Source: an uncultured delta proteobacterium
GTDB taxonomy: Bacteria; Desulfobacterota; Binatia; UBA9968
Assembly (NCBI GenBank): GCA_963728565.1
Contig: CAVSLC010000012.1
Coordinates: 22,976 to 86,975, forward strand
Length of the DNA: 64,000 nucleotides
Direction: 5' to 3'
Part shown: positions 20,295-33,401 of the stretch, one piece after another
Layout of the letters: each line of letters begins with the position of its first letter
Position numbering within the stretch: position 1 is the stretch's first letter
Made by a program: the position numbers and the translations under genes
Notes under the pieces: model-generated
Seen by the model: the letters and a program-made list of their open reading frames with translations, nothing else
Told to the model about the DNA's origin: nothing
The model's database searches: none

Positions 20295-21680
20295 CCAAGC
20301 CCTATCTCTTTGAGGCGACGCTCCACATTCTTTCGAGCCGTGCCTCCCAGTGCTCGACGCCGGCCAACCACCGCTTCGGCAGAAAGATAGCGGTATATAT
20401 CTTTTTCAATTTTTTTAGAAAAATCTTTCAGTTCATTGAGAGCCAGTTCTTCAATGCGTCGCCGCCTTAACCATGCAATGTTTCACTATCCCGCCGGCGA
20501 TCTCATGTGCTGAGCGAAACGGTTCCCCGCGCTCAACCAGATAGTCGGCCAGGTCGGTTGCGTTCATAAAACCATCCTGCGCCGCGCTTAACATTCTGTC
20601 GGCATTAACCTTCACTCCCTGAACGATTTCTCGCATCATCTGCAAGCTGGCCTTGACCGTATCGACCGTGTCGAATAGTGGAATTTTGTCCTCTTGCAGA
20701 TCGCGATTGTATGCCAGCGGCAACCCTTTCATGATCGTCAGCAGCGCCTGGAGGTGACCGAACACCCGGCCCGTTTTGCCGCGAATCAACTCCGGCACAT
20801 CGGGGTTTTTCTTCTGCGGCATCATCGAACTTCCGGTACAGTAACCGTCAGGCAGCTCGATGAACGAGAATTCCTGACTAGACCACAACACCCATTCATC
20901 CGCAAGGCGACTCAAATGAACAAAGAGTATCGACGATCCGGCTAGAAACTCGATGAGAAAATCGCGATCGCTGACCGCGTCGATGCTGTTTTTGGAGATT
21001 TGGGGGAAAGTCAGAAGCCGGGCAAGATAGGCGCGGTCGATGGGAAAAGTCGTTCCGGCCAGCGCACCGGACCCCAACGGCAAAACATTGATCCTTTTCA
21101 GCGACTCAACAAATCGCTGGCGGTCGCGGTCGAACATATCGTAGTAGGCAAGCAAATGATGCGCTAACAGGACCGGCTGCGCCCGCTGCAAGTGCGTATA
21201 TCCAGGCATGATCACATCAATGTGCCGTTTGGCCAGACGGGCGATTTCGCGCTGCAGCGCATTTAAGGAATCGATGACTAATTGAACCTCTTCACGCAAG
21301 AACAGTCGCATGTCGAGCGCCACCTGATCGTTGCGACTGCGGGCGGTGTGCAGCATGCCGCCGGCCGCGCCGATCTTTTCGGTCAAACGGCGCTCGATAT
21401 TCATATGGATGTCTTCGTCAGCCGGAGAGAAGTGAAAATCGCCCTGCTCGATCTCGGCTTGAATCGCCTTAAGCCCGCGCACGATCTTACGCCCCTCACG
21501 GGCGGGAATGATACCCTGCTTTGCCAGCATTTTCGCATGGGCGATGCTGCCCATGATGTCGTATCGATAAAGCCGCGAATCGATATGAATTGAAGCGGTG
21601 AAAGCTTCCACCGATGCCGCGGTGCCGTAAGCGAAACGCCCGCCCCAAAGTTTTTTCTCTTTTGTTTTTGTACCCTTCAA
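20291..21680 (-). CDS. argH: Argininosuccinate lyase (frameshift near 20465; C-terminus continues to TGA at 20291)
   Basis: [27 protein letters not shown]. The shifted frame reads [39 protein letters not shown]. Confidence 0.95.
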
Positions 21681-22885
21681 TACGATCTCTTAGTTTTGCT
21701 CAGTTTCTGCAAGCGCAACCGTAGAGCGTTCAAGCGAATGAATCCTTCGGCGTCCGCCTGCTGATAAACGGTATCTTGTTCAAAAGTCGCCACTTGGGGA
21801 TCGTAGAGCGAAAAGTCGGATTTACGCCCGGCGACAACGACATTGCCCTTGTAAAGCTTCAACCGCGCTGTTCCGTTTACATTGCGCTGCGCCGCATCGA
21901 TTGCTCCCTGCAAGACCTCACGTTCCGGCGAGAACCAGTAACCGTAATAAATCATTTCAGCGTAGCGCGAAATCAAGGAATCTCTCAGCCGCATCACCTC
22001 GCGATCCATAGTGATAGACTCTAGCGCGCGATGAGCCGCATGAAGTATGGTCCCGCCAGGCGTCTCGTAAACGCCGCGCGACTTCATGCCGACATAGCGA
22101 TTCTCGACCAGATCGACGCGGCCGATACCATGCTTGGCGCCGAGATCGTTCAACCGCGCCAGAAGTTCAGCGGGAGACAATGTCTTGCCATTGATCGCAG
22201 TCGGATCGCCGCGCCGATAATCGATTTCAACATACTCGGCTCGATTGGGCGCCTTCTCCAACGGCCGGCACCAGACAAACATGTCTGGCGGCGGCTCTTT
22301 CCATGGATCCTCAAGAATGCCGCCCTCATAACTAATATGAAATAAATTTCGATCGGTGCTGTAGGGACGGGCTTTGGTAACCGGCACTGGAATGCCATGC
22401 TTGCGCGCGTAGGCGATCAAAGAGGTGCGTGAACTGAGACTCCAAAGCCGCCACGGCGCAATCACCTTGATGGCCGGCTTGAGCGCATAATAAGTCAATT
22501 CAAAACGCACCTGGTCATTGCCCTTACCGGTGGCGCCGTGCGACACCGCGTCGGCGCGCTCGGTTACGGCGACGTCGATCTGTGCCTTGGCGATGAGCGG
22601 TCGGGCGATGGAGGTGCCGAGCAGGTAGGAACCTTCGTAGATCGCGTTGCCGCGCAGCATCGGGAACACATAATTTTTCACAAACTCTTCGCGCAGATCG
22701 CCGATTACCGCTTTGCTTGCACCGGTGTCGATCGCCTTCCGTTTGACCGCCTGCAGGTCTTCCCCCTGTCCTAGGTCGGCGCAGAAAGCGATGACTTCGC
22801 AGCCATATTCTTCCTTAATCCAACGCAGAATAACCGATGTGTCTAATCCTCCCGAATAAGCCAGCACCACCTTCTTTACGTTCAT
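21677..22885 (-). CDS. argG: Argininosuccinate synthase
   Basis: [37 protein letters not shown]. Confidence 0.97.
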   Translation of the reverse strand: MNVKKVVLAYSGGLDTSVILRWIKEEYGCEVIAFCADLGQGEDLQAVKRKAIDTGASKAVIGDLREEFVKNYVFPMLRGNAIYEGSYLLGTSIARPLIAKAQIDVAVTERADAVSHGATGKGNDQVRFELTYYALKPAIKVIAPWRLWSLSSRTSLIAYARKHGIPVPVTKARPYSTDRNLFHISYEGGILEDPWKEPPPDMFVWCRPLEKAPNRAEYVEIDYRRGDPTAINGKTLSPAELLARLNDLGAKHGIGRVDLVENRYVGMKSRGVYETPGGTILHAAHRALESITMDREVMRLRDSLISRYAEMIYYGYWFSPEREVLQGAIDAAQRNVNGTARLKLYKGNVVVAGRKSDFSLYDPQVATFEQDTVYQQADAEGFIRLNALRLRLQKLSKTKRSY

Positions 22886-23884
22886 CTTTTCTTATTGGAA
22901 CCTTTGCTTCCTCTGGATTGATTTCCCATTTTCCTTGAACCTTCGAGCTTCTGAACGGTTGAACTTCTCGTGCCATTCAGCAACCAGACCATGATGGCTT
23001 TTTGCGCATGTAATCTGTTTTCAGCCTGATCGAAGGCAATGCACTGCGGGCTTTCTAAAACCTCGTCAGTGATTTCTTGACCGCGGTGGGCCGGTAAGCA
23101 GTGCATAACCACCGCATCTTTCTTGGCCATCGCCAGGACTCGGTGGTTCACCTGATATTCATGAAAAGCTTTGAGGCGGGTGGCCACGTCCCACTCCTGT
23201 CCCATGCTGGTCCAAACGTCGGTATAGACCGCATCGGCTCCGCGCAAAGCATCTTTAATGGAATGCGTCACCGTCACGTCAGCGCCGTTTCTTTTTACCC
23301 GAGCTTCAATCTCTCGGTTGGGCTCGTATCCTTTGGGACACGCCAGGGCGAATGAGAATGGGATCTTCTCGGCCGCCTCCATCCAGGAATGCACCATATT
23401 GTTGCCGTCGCCGATGAAGGTAATCTTAAGTCCTTTCAGCTTTCGCTTGTGTTCCAACAATGTAAGACAGTCGGCAAGGACCTGACATGGATGATAGAGG
23501 TCGGTCAGAGGCGTTGATCACCGGAACGGACGCGGCACGCGCCATTTCCTCCAGAGTTGCCTGCGCGAATGTGCGCACGACAATCATATCGACCCAGCGG
23601 CTCAGGCTGCGCGCGCAATCTTCTGGAGTTTCGCGGACTCCCATCTGTACTTCGGTGGGCGAGAGAAACACCGCATGGCCGCCGAGCTGAACCATCCCCG
23701 CCTCGAAAGTCACCCGCGTTCTCAGACTGGGTTTCTCAAATAACATGCCCAGCCCCTTGCCCTCGAGCAGGCGATGCACGACGCCCTGCTTCTGCTTCTG
23801 TTTTAGATCTTGCGCCAGTCGCAGAATCGATTCGAGCTCGTGGCGGCTCCAATCAGCGAAATTCAACAAATCTCGTTTACTCAT
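22882..23884 (-). CDS. argF: Ornithine carbamoyltransferase (frameshift near 23510)
   Basis: FEKPSLRTR in ORF 23426-23884; HPCQ across the shift; [17 protein letters not shown] and QAENRLH in ORF 22882-23460. Confidence 0.93.
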
Positions 23885-23905
23885 GGCTGGGATACCGACG
23901 AGCGT

Positions 23906-25093
23906 TTATTGGCGGGCGAGAACCTTCTCAAGAATGTCGAGGCCGCGATCGATTTCGTTTCTCTTTATCGTCAGCGGTGGAACAAAACGGAGGACTTTGT
24001 AGGCGGTACAATTAAGGAGCAATCCCTCTTGCATGCAGCTGTCCGCGACTTTGCTGCCCTCGATCTCCAGCTCCACGCCGATCATCAGCCCCTTGCCGCG
24101 CACTTCTCGTATAAACGAAAAGCGCTTTTGCAAAGCTTCGAGGCCTTTGACGAAATACTGCCCCATCTGCCGGCAGTTCTTCAGGGCGCCGCCTAACAGG
24201 GTTTGCATCACCACCAACCCGGCGCTGCATGCCACCGGATTACCACCGAAGGTCGATGCATGACTACCAGGCCCGAAGCTTGTGGCAATCTCTTCGCGCG
24301 CCAACATCGCGCCCAGAGGCAGGCCTCCCCCGAGAGCCTTGGCCAAGGTCATGATGTCCGGTTTGATAGCAAAATGCTCGTAGCCGAACAGCGTGCCGGT
24401 GCGCCCCATTCCGGTTTGAACTTCATCGAAGATGAGCAAGATACCGCGCTGGTCGCAGAGCTCACGCAAGCCTCGCATGTAGGCCTCGTCCGGGACGTTG
24501 ACGCCGCCCTCAGCCTGAATCGGCTCGACTAATATGGCGGCGGTTTTCTTCTCGTCGATGGCTTCTTCGATGGCAGCGAGATTATTATAGGGCACCTGGC
24601 GAAACCCAGTGGGCAAAGGATCGTAACCCGCGCGGATCTTCTCCTGCCCGGTAGCGGTCAGGGTCGCGAGTGTGCGGCCGTGAAAGGAGTTGTGGGTGGA
24701 AAGTATCTCGTACTTACCTCCGAGTCTCTCTAGACCGTAGCGTCGAACCAGCTTGATCGCCGCCTCGTTTGCTTCGGCGCCGCTATTGCAAAAGAAAACC
24801 CGCTCGGCAAACGAATGGTCGCACAACTCGCGCGCCAACTCTGATTGCGGCAGGATGTGGTAGAGGTTGGAGACGTGCAGCAGCTTTTTCGACTGCTCCC
24901 GAATCGCCCGGACGATAGCCGGGTGACAGTGACCCAAACTGTTGACCGCGATTCCGGCCAGGAAGTCGAGGTACTCCTTGCCCTCGGCATCCCAGACCTT
25001 GGTGCCTCTTCCCCTGACTAATGCGATTGGGATGCGGGCGTAGGTTCGAGCAACATATTTGTCAGTCAGCGCGGCGATTTCCAAGTTGTTCAT
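23906..25093 (-). CDS. argD: Acetylornithine aminotransferase
   Basis: NSGAEANEAA, SFHGRT, FDEVQTGMGRTG, TLAKALGGG; arg operon context. Confidence 0.95.
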   Translation of the reverse strand: MNNLEIAALTDKYVARTYARIPIALVRGRGTKVWDAEGKEYLDFLAGIAVNSLGHCHPAIVRAIREQSKKLLHVSNLYHILPQSELARELCDHSFAERVFFCNSGAEANEAAIKLVRRYGLERLGGKYEILSTHNSFHGRTLATLTATGQEKIRAGYDPLPTGFRQVPYNNLAAIEEAIDEKKTAAILVEPIQAEGGVNVPDEAYMRGLRELCDQRGILLIFDEVQTGMGRTGTLFGYEHFAIKPDIMTLAKALGGGLPLGAMLAREEIATSFGPGSHASTFGGNPVACSAGLVVMQTLLGGALKNCRQMGQYFVKGLEALQKRFSFIREVRGKGLMIGVELEIEGSKVADSCMQEGLLLNCTAYKVLRFVPPLTIKRNEIDRGLDILEKVLARQ

Positions 25094-27383
<2,290 letters not shown>

Positions 27384-27479
27384 TAGAATACGTAACTCCT
27401 AGCAACTTCAAAGACAAAAGCAAATACTCTTGTAGCGCGGAAACCTACGGCTTCCCGCGTCTATCGAAGCGGCTCACGT

Positions 27480-28010
27480 TTACGCCAGCTCTTCAAACGT
27501 AAGCTGCTCGTTTGTATAGACGCAGATACTGGCGGCCACGCGCATCGATTCTTCAGCAATCCCGCGCGCGTCAAGCTGACTGTGCTTCACAAGTACCCGA
27601 GCTGCTGCCAATGCGAAATTTCCTCCCGAACCGATAGCAATGATGCCATCGTCGGGTTCTATCACATCGCCGGCTCCGGAAATCACCAACAGGTCATCGA
27701 TGTCGGCGATGATTAGTAGCGCTTCCAGTCGTCGCAAAATTCGATCTGTGCGCCAGTCCTTCGCGAGCTCCACTGCGGCGCGCTTGAGATTGCCGTTGAA
27801 CTGTTCCAGCTTGGCCTCAAACTTCTCGAACAAAGTGAATGCGTCGGCAGTGGCGCCGGCAAAACCTGCGATGACTTTGTCGTGATGAAGCTTGCGCACC
27901 TTCCGGGCGCTGTGCTTCATCACCGTTTGACCGAGACTCACCTGTCCGTCGCCGACGACCACCACTTTTCCTCGGTGTCGAATCGCCAGTATGGTCGTTC
28001 CTTCAAACAT
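27480..28010 (-). CDS. hslV: ATP-dependent protease subunit HslV
   Basis: GTTILA (N-terminal Thr nucleophile), [15 protein letters not shown]. Confidence 0.97.
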   Translation of the reverse strand: MFEGTTILAIRHRGKVVVVGDGQVSLGQTVMKHSARKVRKLHHDKVIAGFAGATADAFTLFEKFEAKLEQFNGNLKRAAVELAKDWRTDRILRRLEALLIIADIDDLLVISGAGDVIEPDDGIIAIGSGGNFALAAARVLVKHSQLDARGIAEESMRVAASICVYTNEQLTFEELA

Positions 28011-28100
28011 CGCTCAACTCACCATTCATCATTCAATTTCAATGATCCACGATTCGAAGATAATCTCGCGTTAACCCGCGCGTATCGCTTAAGCCCTGCT

Positions 28101-29010
28101 TCAGGCGCGTGGATGAGCTTTATCGTACACCGCCGTTAGCTGATCCAGGTTTAGGTGCGTATAGTGTTGAGTTGTGGAAAGACTCGCATGGCCAAGCATT
28201 TCCTGTATCACTCGAAGATCGGCGCCACTATTTAAAAGGTGAGTAGCAAACGTGTGCCGCAAACCGTGCGGGCCGATATGCGACCGGGATCCCGCAAGCT
28301 TTCAAATGCTTTTCAACGCTGCGCCCTACGCTTCGGGTCGTCATCCTTTTACCACGGCGGTTAAGAAATACCGCATTTTCGCCTTTGCAGGGCAGATTCC
28401 AATTCTTTTTATGTTCTAAACTATAATCTTGTAGCGCTTGCATTGCTATCGTGCCAATCGGCACGACGCGCTCTTTGGATCCTTTTCCGACGACTCGGAT
28501 GATGCCCAGCTGAAAATCGATATCACTCCAGTTAAGCCCCACCAATTCACTCGCCCGTATTCCCGTCGAATAAAACACCTCGAGCATGGCGCGATCGCGC
28601 ACATCTAACGATCCTTTGATCGTGATACCGCCCAGGAGCTGGAACACATCGTCGACCGAGAGAAAAGAGGGCAGCGGCTTGTCCTGCTTGGGCGTCTGAA
28701 TCAGCAATATAGGGTTTGTTGCGATCTGCCCGGTGGCCGCCAAATATTTAAAGAATCCTTTCAGCGCCGCCAGCTTGCGCGCCACAGAACTCTTTTTACG
28801 ATGCTTGTTTATTGAAGCCAGGTAAGCGCGCACGATATGAATGTCCAGTTTTTGCTCGTCTATGTTCCCGTTTTCGTCCAGACAAAAATCGCTATCGCGA
28901 AGAAACTGTTGGAACTGATTGAGATCGCTTAGGTAATTTCTAAGTGTGTGCGACGAGAGGTTGCGCTGATCGCGGAGATGATCGATAAATATCTTAATTA
29001 GCTCGTTCAC
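28101..29010 (-). CDS. xerC: Tyrosine recombinase XerC (frameshift near 28280)
   Basis: [19 protein letters not shown] and GKGSKER; the shifted frame gives [39 protein letters not shown]...HPRA. Canonical position upstream of hslVU. Confidence 0.9.
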
Positions 29011-29161
29011 TTGTGCTGCATGGCCAGATCCTTCAAGGATAACATGCCGCCTCATCAAACGAAATCAGCAAGTTCAATGTTTCTGCTGTCCACCGATCTC
29101 GACAGCTGACTTCAAAGTTAAATAAATCTAAGCTAGAGTCCTGCTAACTCGCGCGAGCCAA

Positions 29162-29929
29162 ATGTTGGAAGAAAGAATATCTTTCGGTAGTAGCGGCGCT
29201 AAGAATATCGTTGGCATACTGCATCATCCGGCCGGCGATTTGCCCCGCGGTGCGATTATCCTGTGCCACGGCATGGACTCCAACAAGGACAGCGAAAAAT
29301 TGATTTCTCTCAGTCGCGGTTTAGCTGCAAGCGGGTTTCTCACGCTCAGATTTGATTTTGCATACGTCGGCGAATCCAGCGAGAGGTTTGAAGACATCAC
29401 CTACAGCGGCGAGATCGAGGACCTGCGCGGCGCATGTTCTTTTATCCGCGATCGTTATTCCGGCGACATCGGAATTCTCGGCTCCAGCATGGGCGGCACT
29501 GTGGCTTTGCTGTTTGCCGCCGAAGATCCAGGCATTGCTGCTCTGGTCACGATCGCCGCGCCGGTCCACCCTGAAGATTTCCCGCGCCGGATTCTCAGCC
29601 CGGACGCATTGCAAAAATGGCGGGACCGCGGCTTTACCTTCTACAACCGGCAGCGGCTTAATCTGGCGTTGCTTGAGGACTTAGAATCCCTCAATGTCAT
29701 CGAATCGGCGCGCAAAATCGCTTGTCCGGTACTGATCATTCATGGCGAAAGCGACGAGGTCGTGCCGGTCGAAGAAGCGCATGAACTGAACGCATGCATC
29801 TCGGGTAAAAAAAAATTGTTGATATTGAAAGGAACCGACCATCGCCTGTCCAATCCGCTGATGATGCAGCAAGCTCTTACCGAAGCCGTCGATTGGCTCA
29901 CGGCACACGTTGGTCGTCGCGCCCAATGA
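29162..29929 (+). CDS. Alpha/beta hydrolase
   Basis: LCHG, LRFDF, nucleophile GSSMGG, IHGESDEVVP, GTDH. Confidence 0.88.
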   Translation: MLEERISFGSSGAKNIVGILHHPAGDLPRGAIILCHGMDSNKDSEKLISLSRGLAASGFLTLRFDFAYVGESSERFEDITYSGEIEDLRGACSFIRDRYSGDIGILGSSMGGTVALLFAAEDPGIAALVTIAAPVHPEDFPRRILSPDALQKWRDRGFTFYNRQRLNLALLEDLESLNVIESARKIACPVLIIHGESDEVVPVEEAHELNACISGKKKLLILKGTDHRLSNPLMMQQALTEAVDWLTAHVGRRAQ

Positions 29930-30336
29930 AATTCATTCGCACATCTCCCTACGTGCTTATTGCTCTTATCGCTTTATTGGCCATTGGCTGCGGTCGCGAT
30001 CTCAGTACTGCGCAAGGCGTAACCGAAGCCTTCGTCGATCACCATTATGTGAGTTTCGACTTGCAAAAGGCCAAAGATTACACAGTCAGTATCGCTTTGG
30101 ACAAGGTTAATGACGAGATCAGGCTAACCACGGGCCAGACAATCGATGCCTCGACTCAGAAGCCTCGAGTCAACTACCGGCTACTAGAGAAAAAGGAGGG
30201 AGAACGGCGAGCCTCTTTTCTTTACGAAGGGACGATACAATCCGACGATGGCACCTCTTTTACCCGCAAGTGGTTGATAGCCGCGCGCAGAGACGGAGAT
30301 CACTGGCGCGTGTCGAACTTTACCGAATCTGACTGA
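29926..30336 (+). CDS. Hypothetical lipoprotein
   Basis: ATG overlaps the upstream stop (ATGA); signal peptide with lipobox LAIGC. Confidence 0.7.
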   Translation: MKFIRTSPYVLIALIALLAIGCGRDLSTAQGVTEAFVDHHYVSFDLQKAKDYTVSIALDKVNDEIRLTTGQTIDASTQKPRVNYRLLEKKEGERRASFLYEGTIQSDDGTSFTRKWLIAARRDGDHWRVSNFTESD

Positions 30337-30371
30337 CAGCAGCCTGCGCTTTCAGCCTGCGTTTATGTCGG

Positions 30372-31700
30372 TCAGGCTCCTGCCGGCTGCGCGTGCGCCG
30401 TCACCGGCGGAACTGCCTTAGGCTTGGTTTTAATCTGCAATGCCAGTCCCGCGGCGACCAGCGCAATCACCCCGCCGGAAAAAAAGGCAGAATGATAGTC
30501 GCCCAACCAGGTGCGAAGCGCGCCCGCGCTTGAAGCCATAATCGCCGCGCCGATCTGATGCGACATAAAAATCCAGCCATAAACCTTACCTACGTTTTGC
30601 TTGCCGAACGTATCCGCAGTGATCGCCATCGACGGCGGCACTGTGGCGAACCAATCCAATCCGTAAATCACTGCGAAAAGAAAGAATCCTGAAATACTAT
30701 GAACAAACGGCAGCATGAGCAGCGAAAGCCCGCGGAGCGCGTACACCAACGCCAGCCATCGTTGCGGCTGGACACGGTCAATCATCCAACCTGAAAAAAT
30801 GGTGCCGACCATATTGAGCGCGCCCATCACCCCGAGTAAAGACGCCGCAGTGATCTGTGGAATACCTCGGTCGATTTCGTGGGGAATCAAATGGGTACCG
30901 ATCAGACCGTTGGCGGTTCCGCCGCAAACAAAGAAGCTAGCCGCCAATAGCCAGAAGGTTGGATGGGAAATCACTTCGCGCGCTGTGATGGTTGCATTGC
31001 CGGATCGCATGCCCCGCAGCGAAGCCACGCCGCCTGAACTTGCACCCGCCGGATCTCCCGCTCCATAAGGTTCCAGTCCGACCTCAGACGGATCATCGCG
31101 CATGAAAAAGTAAATCAGCGGCACCAAGATAATCGCAACAATGATCAACGCCATCGATCCCATGCGCCAGCCGGCATAAGTGATTGCGGCCATGAACAAA
31201 GGCAGAAAGATTATCTGCCCGGTGGAGCTGGCGCTGCCAAGAATCCCCAGTGCCAGGCCGCGTCTGGCGACGAACCAGCGGTTTCCCACGGTGGCCGTTA
31301 GAACCGAGCCCACCCCGCCTGCCCCGAGTCCGACGACCACTCCCCAGACCAGAAAAAATTGCCAGAACTGATCCATCGCCATCGTGCCGCTTACGCCGAA
31401 AATCAATAGAGCCAGGCTGCCGATCATGACTTTGCGCGGACCATATTTGTCGATCAGCCAGCCGCTGATCGGCGCGGCAACGCCAAACAGCAATAGATTC
31501 ATGCTGACGGCCGAGGCGATCAGGGCGCGGCTCCAGCCAAATTCAGCTTCTAAGGGGTGAATCAGCACCGACGGCGAGGAACGAACCCCGGCACTGGTCA
31601 ATGTTGTCAGAAAGACAATCGATAAAACGAACCAACCATAATAGAATGGCAAGGATAACGGCGGGCGCGCTGCGGTACCTATCTTGTTGTTCTGCATCAT
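30372..31700 (-). CDS. MFS transporter
   Basis: About 12 TM helices; motif A GWLIDKYGPRK; YGLDWFATVPP. Confidence 0.92.
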   Translation of the reverse strand: MMQNNKIGTAARPPLSLPFYYGWFVLSIVFLTTLTSAGVRSSPSVLIHPLEAEFGWSRALIASAVSMNLLLFGVAAPISGWLIDKYGPRKVMIGSLALLIFGVSGTMAMDQFWQFFLVWGVVVGLGAGGVGSVLTATVGNRWFVARRGLALGILGSASSTGQIIFLPLFMAAITYAGWRMGSMALIIVAIILVPLIYFFMRDDPSEVGLEPYGAGDPAGASSGGVASLRGMRSGNATITAREVISHPTFWLLAASFFVCGGTANGLIGTHLIPHEIDRGIPQITAASLLGVMGALNMVGTIFSGWMIDRVQPQRWLALVYALRGLSLLMLPFVHSISGFFLFAVIYGLDWFATVPPSMAITADTFGKQNVGKVYGWIFMSHQIGAAIMASSAGALRTWLGDYHSAFFSGGVIALVAAGLALQIKTKPKAVPPVTAHAQPAGA

Positions 31701-31871
31701 TTTATATAAACCAGTTTGGGCTTACTTCACAAACCCGGTCGGTCGCTGCCCGGGTTGACCCCGAAGCATCCGGGCAAACACTTTGTAACTATACGACAGC
31801 CGCTACCCAGAACCTAATCGCCATGCTGAGACAAGGCTTCGATATCATTTAGGATTATAGGTCGCGATGAA

Positions 31872-32099
31872 CCCGGATTCCGCAGTTGAAGGAGGAGTCA
31901 TGAGCGAGGAGCAAACCTCCGCAGCGCAGACAATGCGTTTCTACCTCTGAGAGGCGAGAACTGTCGGTGCCGTGCGTAACGCCGTCACGCAAATAGAGGC
32001 GGCGAGCCAAGCATCAAAAAAGACTTTGAAACTGAGCACTCCGGCTTCTTCGCTTCTCCAGGCCTGCCGCTCGCTCAGTTTTCAACTGCGGAATCCGGG
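31872..32099. mobile_element. 228-bp non-autonomous element (MITE) with perfect 19-bp TIRs and a 5-bp target-site duplication ATGAA
   Basis: CCCGGATTCCGCAGTTGAA (31872-31890) is the exact reverse complement of TTCAACTGCGGAATCCGGG (32081-32099). ATGAA at 31867-31871 and 32100-32104. No transposase inside. Confidence 0.85.
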
Positions 32100-32669
32100 A
32101 TGAAAGAAAAATTATCCTCGCTGGTTATCTTCGTTTGGCTACTCGCTTGCGGCGTTGTTGAGGCAACTGCAGACTTTCCGGAGGAAATCCCTTTTGTCCC
32201 GACGCCCATCGAAGTCATCGACAAAATGCTCGAAATGGCTCAGGTCCAGAAAAATGATGTGGTGTATGACCTCGGCAGCGGCGACGGTCGAATCGTGATT
32301 CGCGCCGCCAAGAAGTACGGCGCGCGCGGCGTCGGCATCGAGATGGACCAGACGCTCCTGGATAAAGCGCGCAAATCCGCCGAGGCGGAAGGCGTCAGTC
32401 ACTTAGTCGAATTTCGCGCAGAAGATGCTTTGAAGACCGATCTTTCACCGGCAACCGTGGTAACGCTTTACATGCTTCCGTGGTTCAATGAAGCTATGAA
32501 GCCCAATTTCAGAAATTACCTTAAACCGGGATCCCGCATTGTCGCTCACGACTTCGGCATCGAAGGTTGGACACCCGATAAGACGGAAAAGTTAGCTGAA
32601 CCGGAGAAGAAAGCCGGCGGATACGTTCACTACCACACGATTTTTCTGTGGAATGTCCGTGACAACTAA
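32100..32669 (+). CDS. SAM-dependent methyltransferase with N-terminal signal-like segment
   Basis: PFVPTP, VYDLGSGDGRIVI, LKPGSRIVAHDF. Confidence 0.88.
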   Translation: MKEKLSSLVIFVWLLACGVVEATADFPEEIPFVPTPIEVIDKMLEMAQVQKNDVVYDLGSGDGRIVIRAAKKYGARGVGIEMDQTLLDKARKSAEAEGVSHLVEFRAEDALKTDLSPATVVTLYMLPWFNEAMKPNFRNYLKPGSRIVAHDFGIEGWTPDKTEKLAEPEKKAGGYVHYHTIFLWNVRDN

Positions 32670-33401
32670 CTTCCGCGATTCGCAACGGACGCTTAGGCGG
32701 GAAGCCAGCAACTCTGCCGAAGTGAGTTCGGCAAGCACAACCTTCAGCAGCCTGGATATCGATTTATCGCTGCAAACTACCCCAGCGAGCCGCTCATGCA
32801 CCACTGCGCGGTGGTGCCAACCTTGTGAATCATCGTGATCCAGCGCGCGCTTTAAGGATGAGGACGGCATCTCCCGTCCCAGGCTAGACATGAGCTTGTA
32901 CAAAGCTTCACGGCTGCTCCATAAGCGATAGAATGCCGCAATCCGATCATCATCTGGTTGCTGCATCAGCCAAAGCTGCTCGTTAGGTTCAAATGACGCT
33001 TGGCTAAGAGCGACAATATCACGATCGGGATGGGTGACTTCTAGATCGAAGCCCAACATCACGTCGGTGCTGAGCGCGCAGCCAACCCAATCCCCACTGT
33101 GAGAGATGCTGAAATTCGGCGGTAAGGATTGTCCATCGGCAAAGAAAAGCTTTGGAGCGGATCCCACCCGGTCTATGACTGTGATGTCATGGACCGGCAC
33201 ATTCATCATTTTGGAAACCGCTAATCGAAGGAGCATTCGCCCAACCAGGAACTGCCGCTTACGCTGTTTCCGCGCAAATGTGGCGTATCGGTGGGCCTCG
33301 GACGCGGCGAGTCGCTGCTCGAAACCAGCGACAGCAAACTCAGTTACCCGTCGAATGTCGAGCAACCAGACGGTTGCGCAGCGGCTGTTTCGCTCATCCA
33401 T
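32592..33401 (-). CDS. Sfp-type 4'-phosphopantetheinyl transferase of the APE cluster
   Basis: NFSISHSG, LGFDLE, FYRLWSSREALYK; last gene of the ACP/KS operon. Confidence 0.85.
   Translation of the reverse strand: MDERNSRCATVWLLDIRRVTEFAVAGFEQRLAASEAHRYATFARKQRKRQFLVGRMLLRLAVSKMMNVPVHDITVIDRVGSAPKLFFADGQSLPPNFSISHSGDWVGCALSTDVMLGFDLEVTHPDRDIVALSQASFEPNEQLWLMQQPDDDRIAAFYRLWSSREALYKLMSSLGREMPSSSLKRALDHDDSQGWHHRAVVHERLAGVVCSDKSISRLLKVVLAELTSAELLASRLSVRCESRKLVVTDIPQKNRVVVNVSAGFLLRFS

Noticed and set aside
27432-27461. GTAG-started hairpin (gtagcgcggaaac...ttcccgcg) between hslV and hslU as a REP element
   Set aside because: Single, short, imperfect copy in the window with no RAYT transposase; cannot be told apart from a generic hairpin.
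28101-29010. Tyrosine recombinase as a prophage or island integrase
   Set aside because: Size, motifs and the xerC-hslV-hslU context identify it as chromosomal XerC; no phage genes or att sites are nearby.
32100-32669. Methyltransferase as the missing ApeB of the aryl polyene cluster
   Set aside because: It is on the opposite strand, short, signal-peptide-like and of the PFVPTP/DLGSGDGR type, not the larger ApeB-type enzyme that normally heads the operon.
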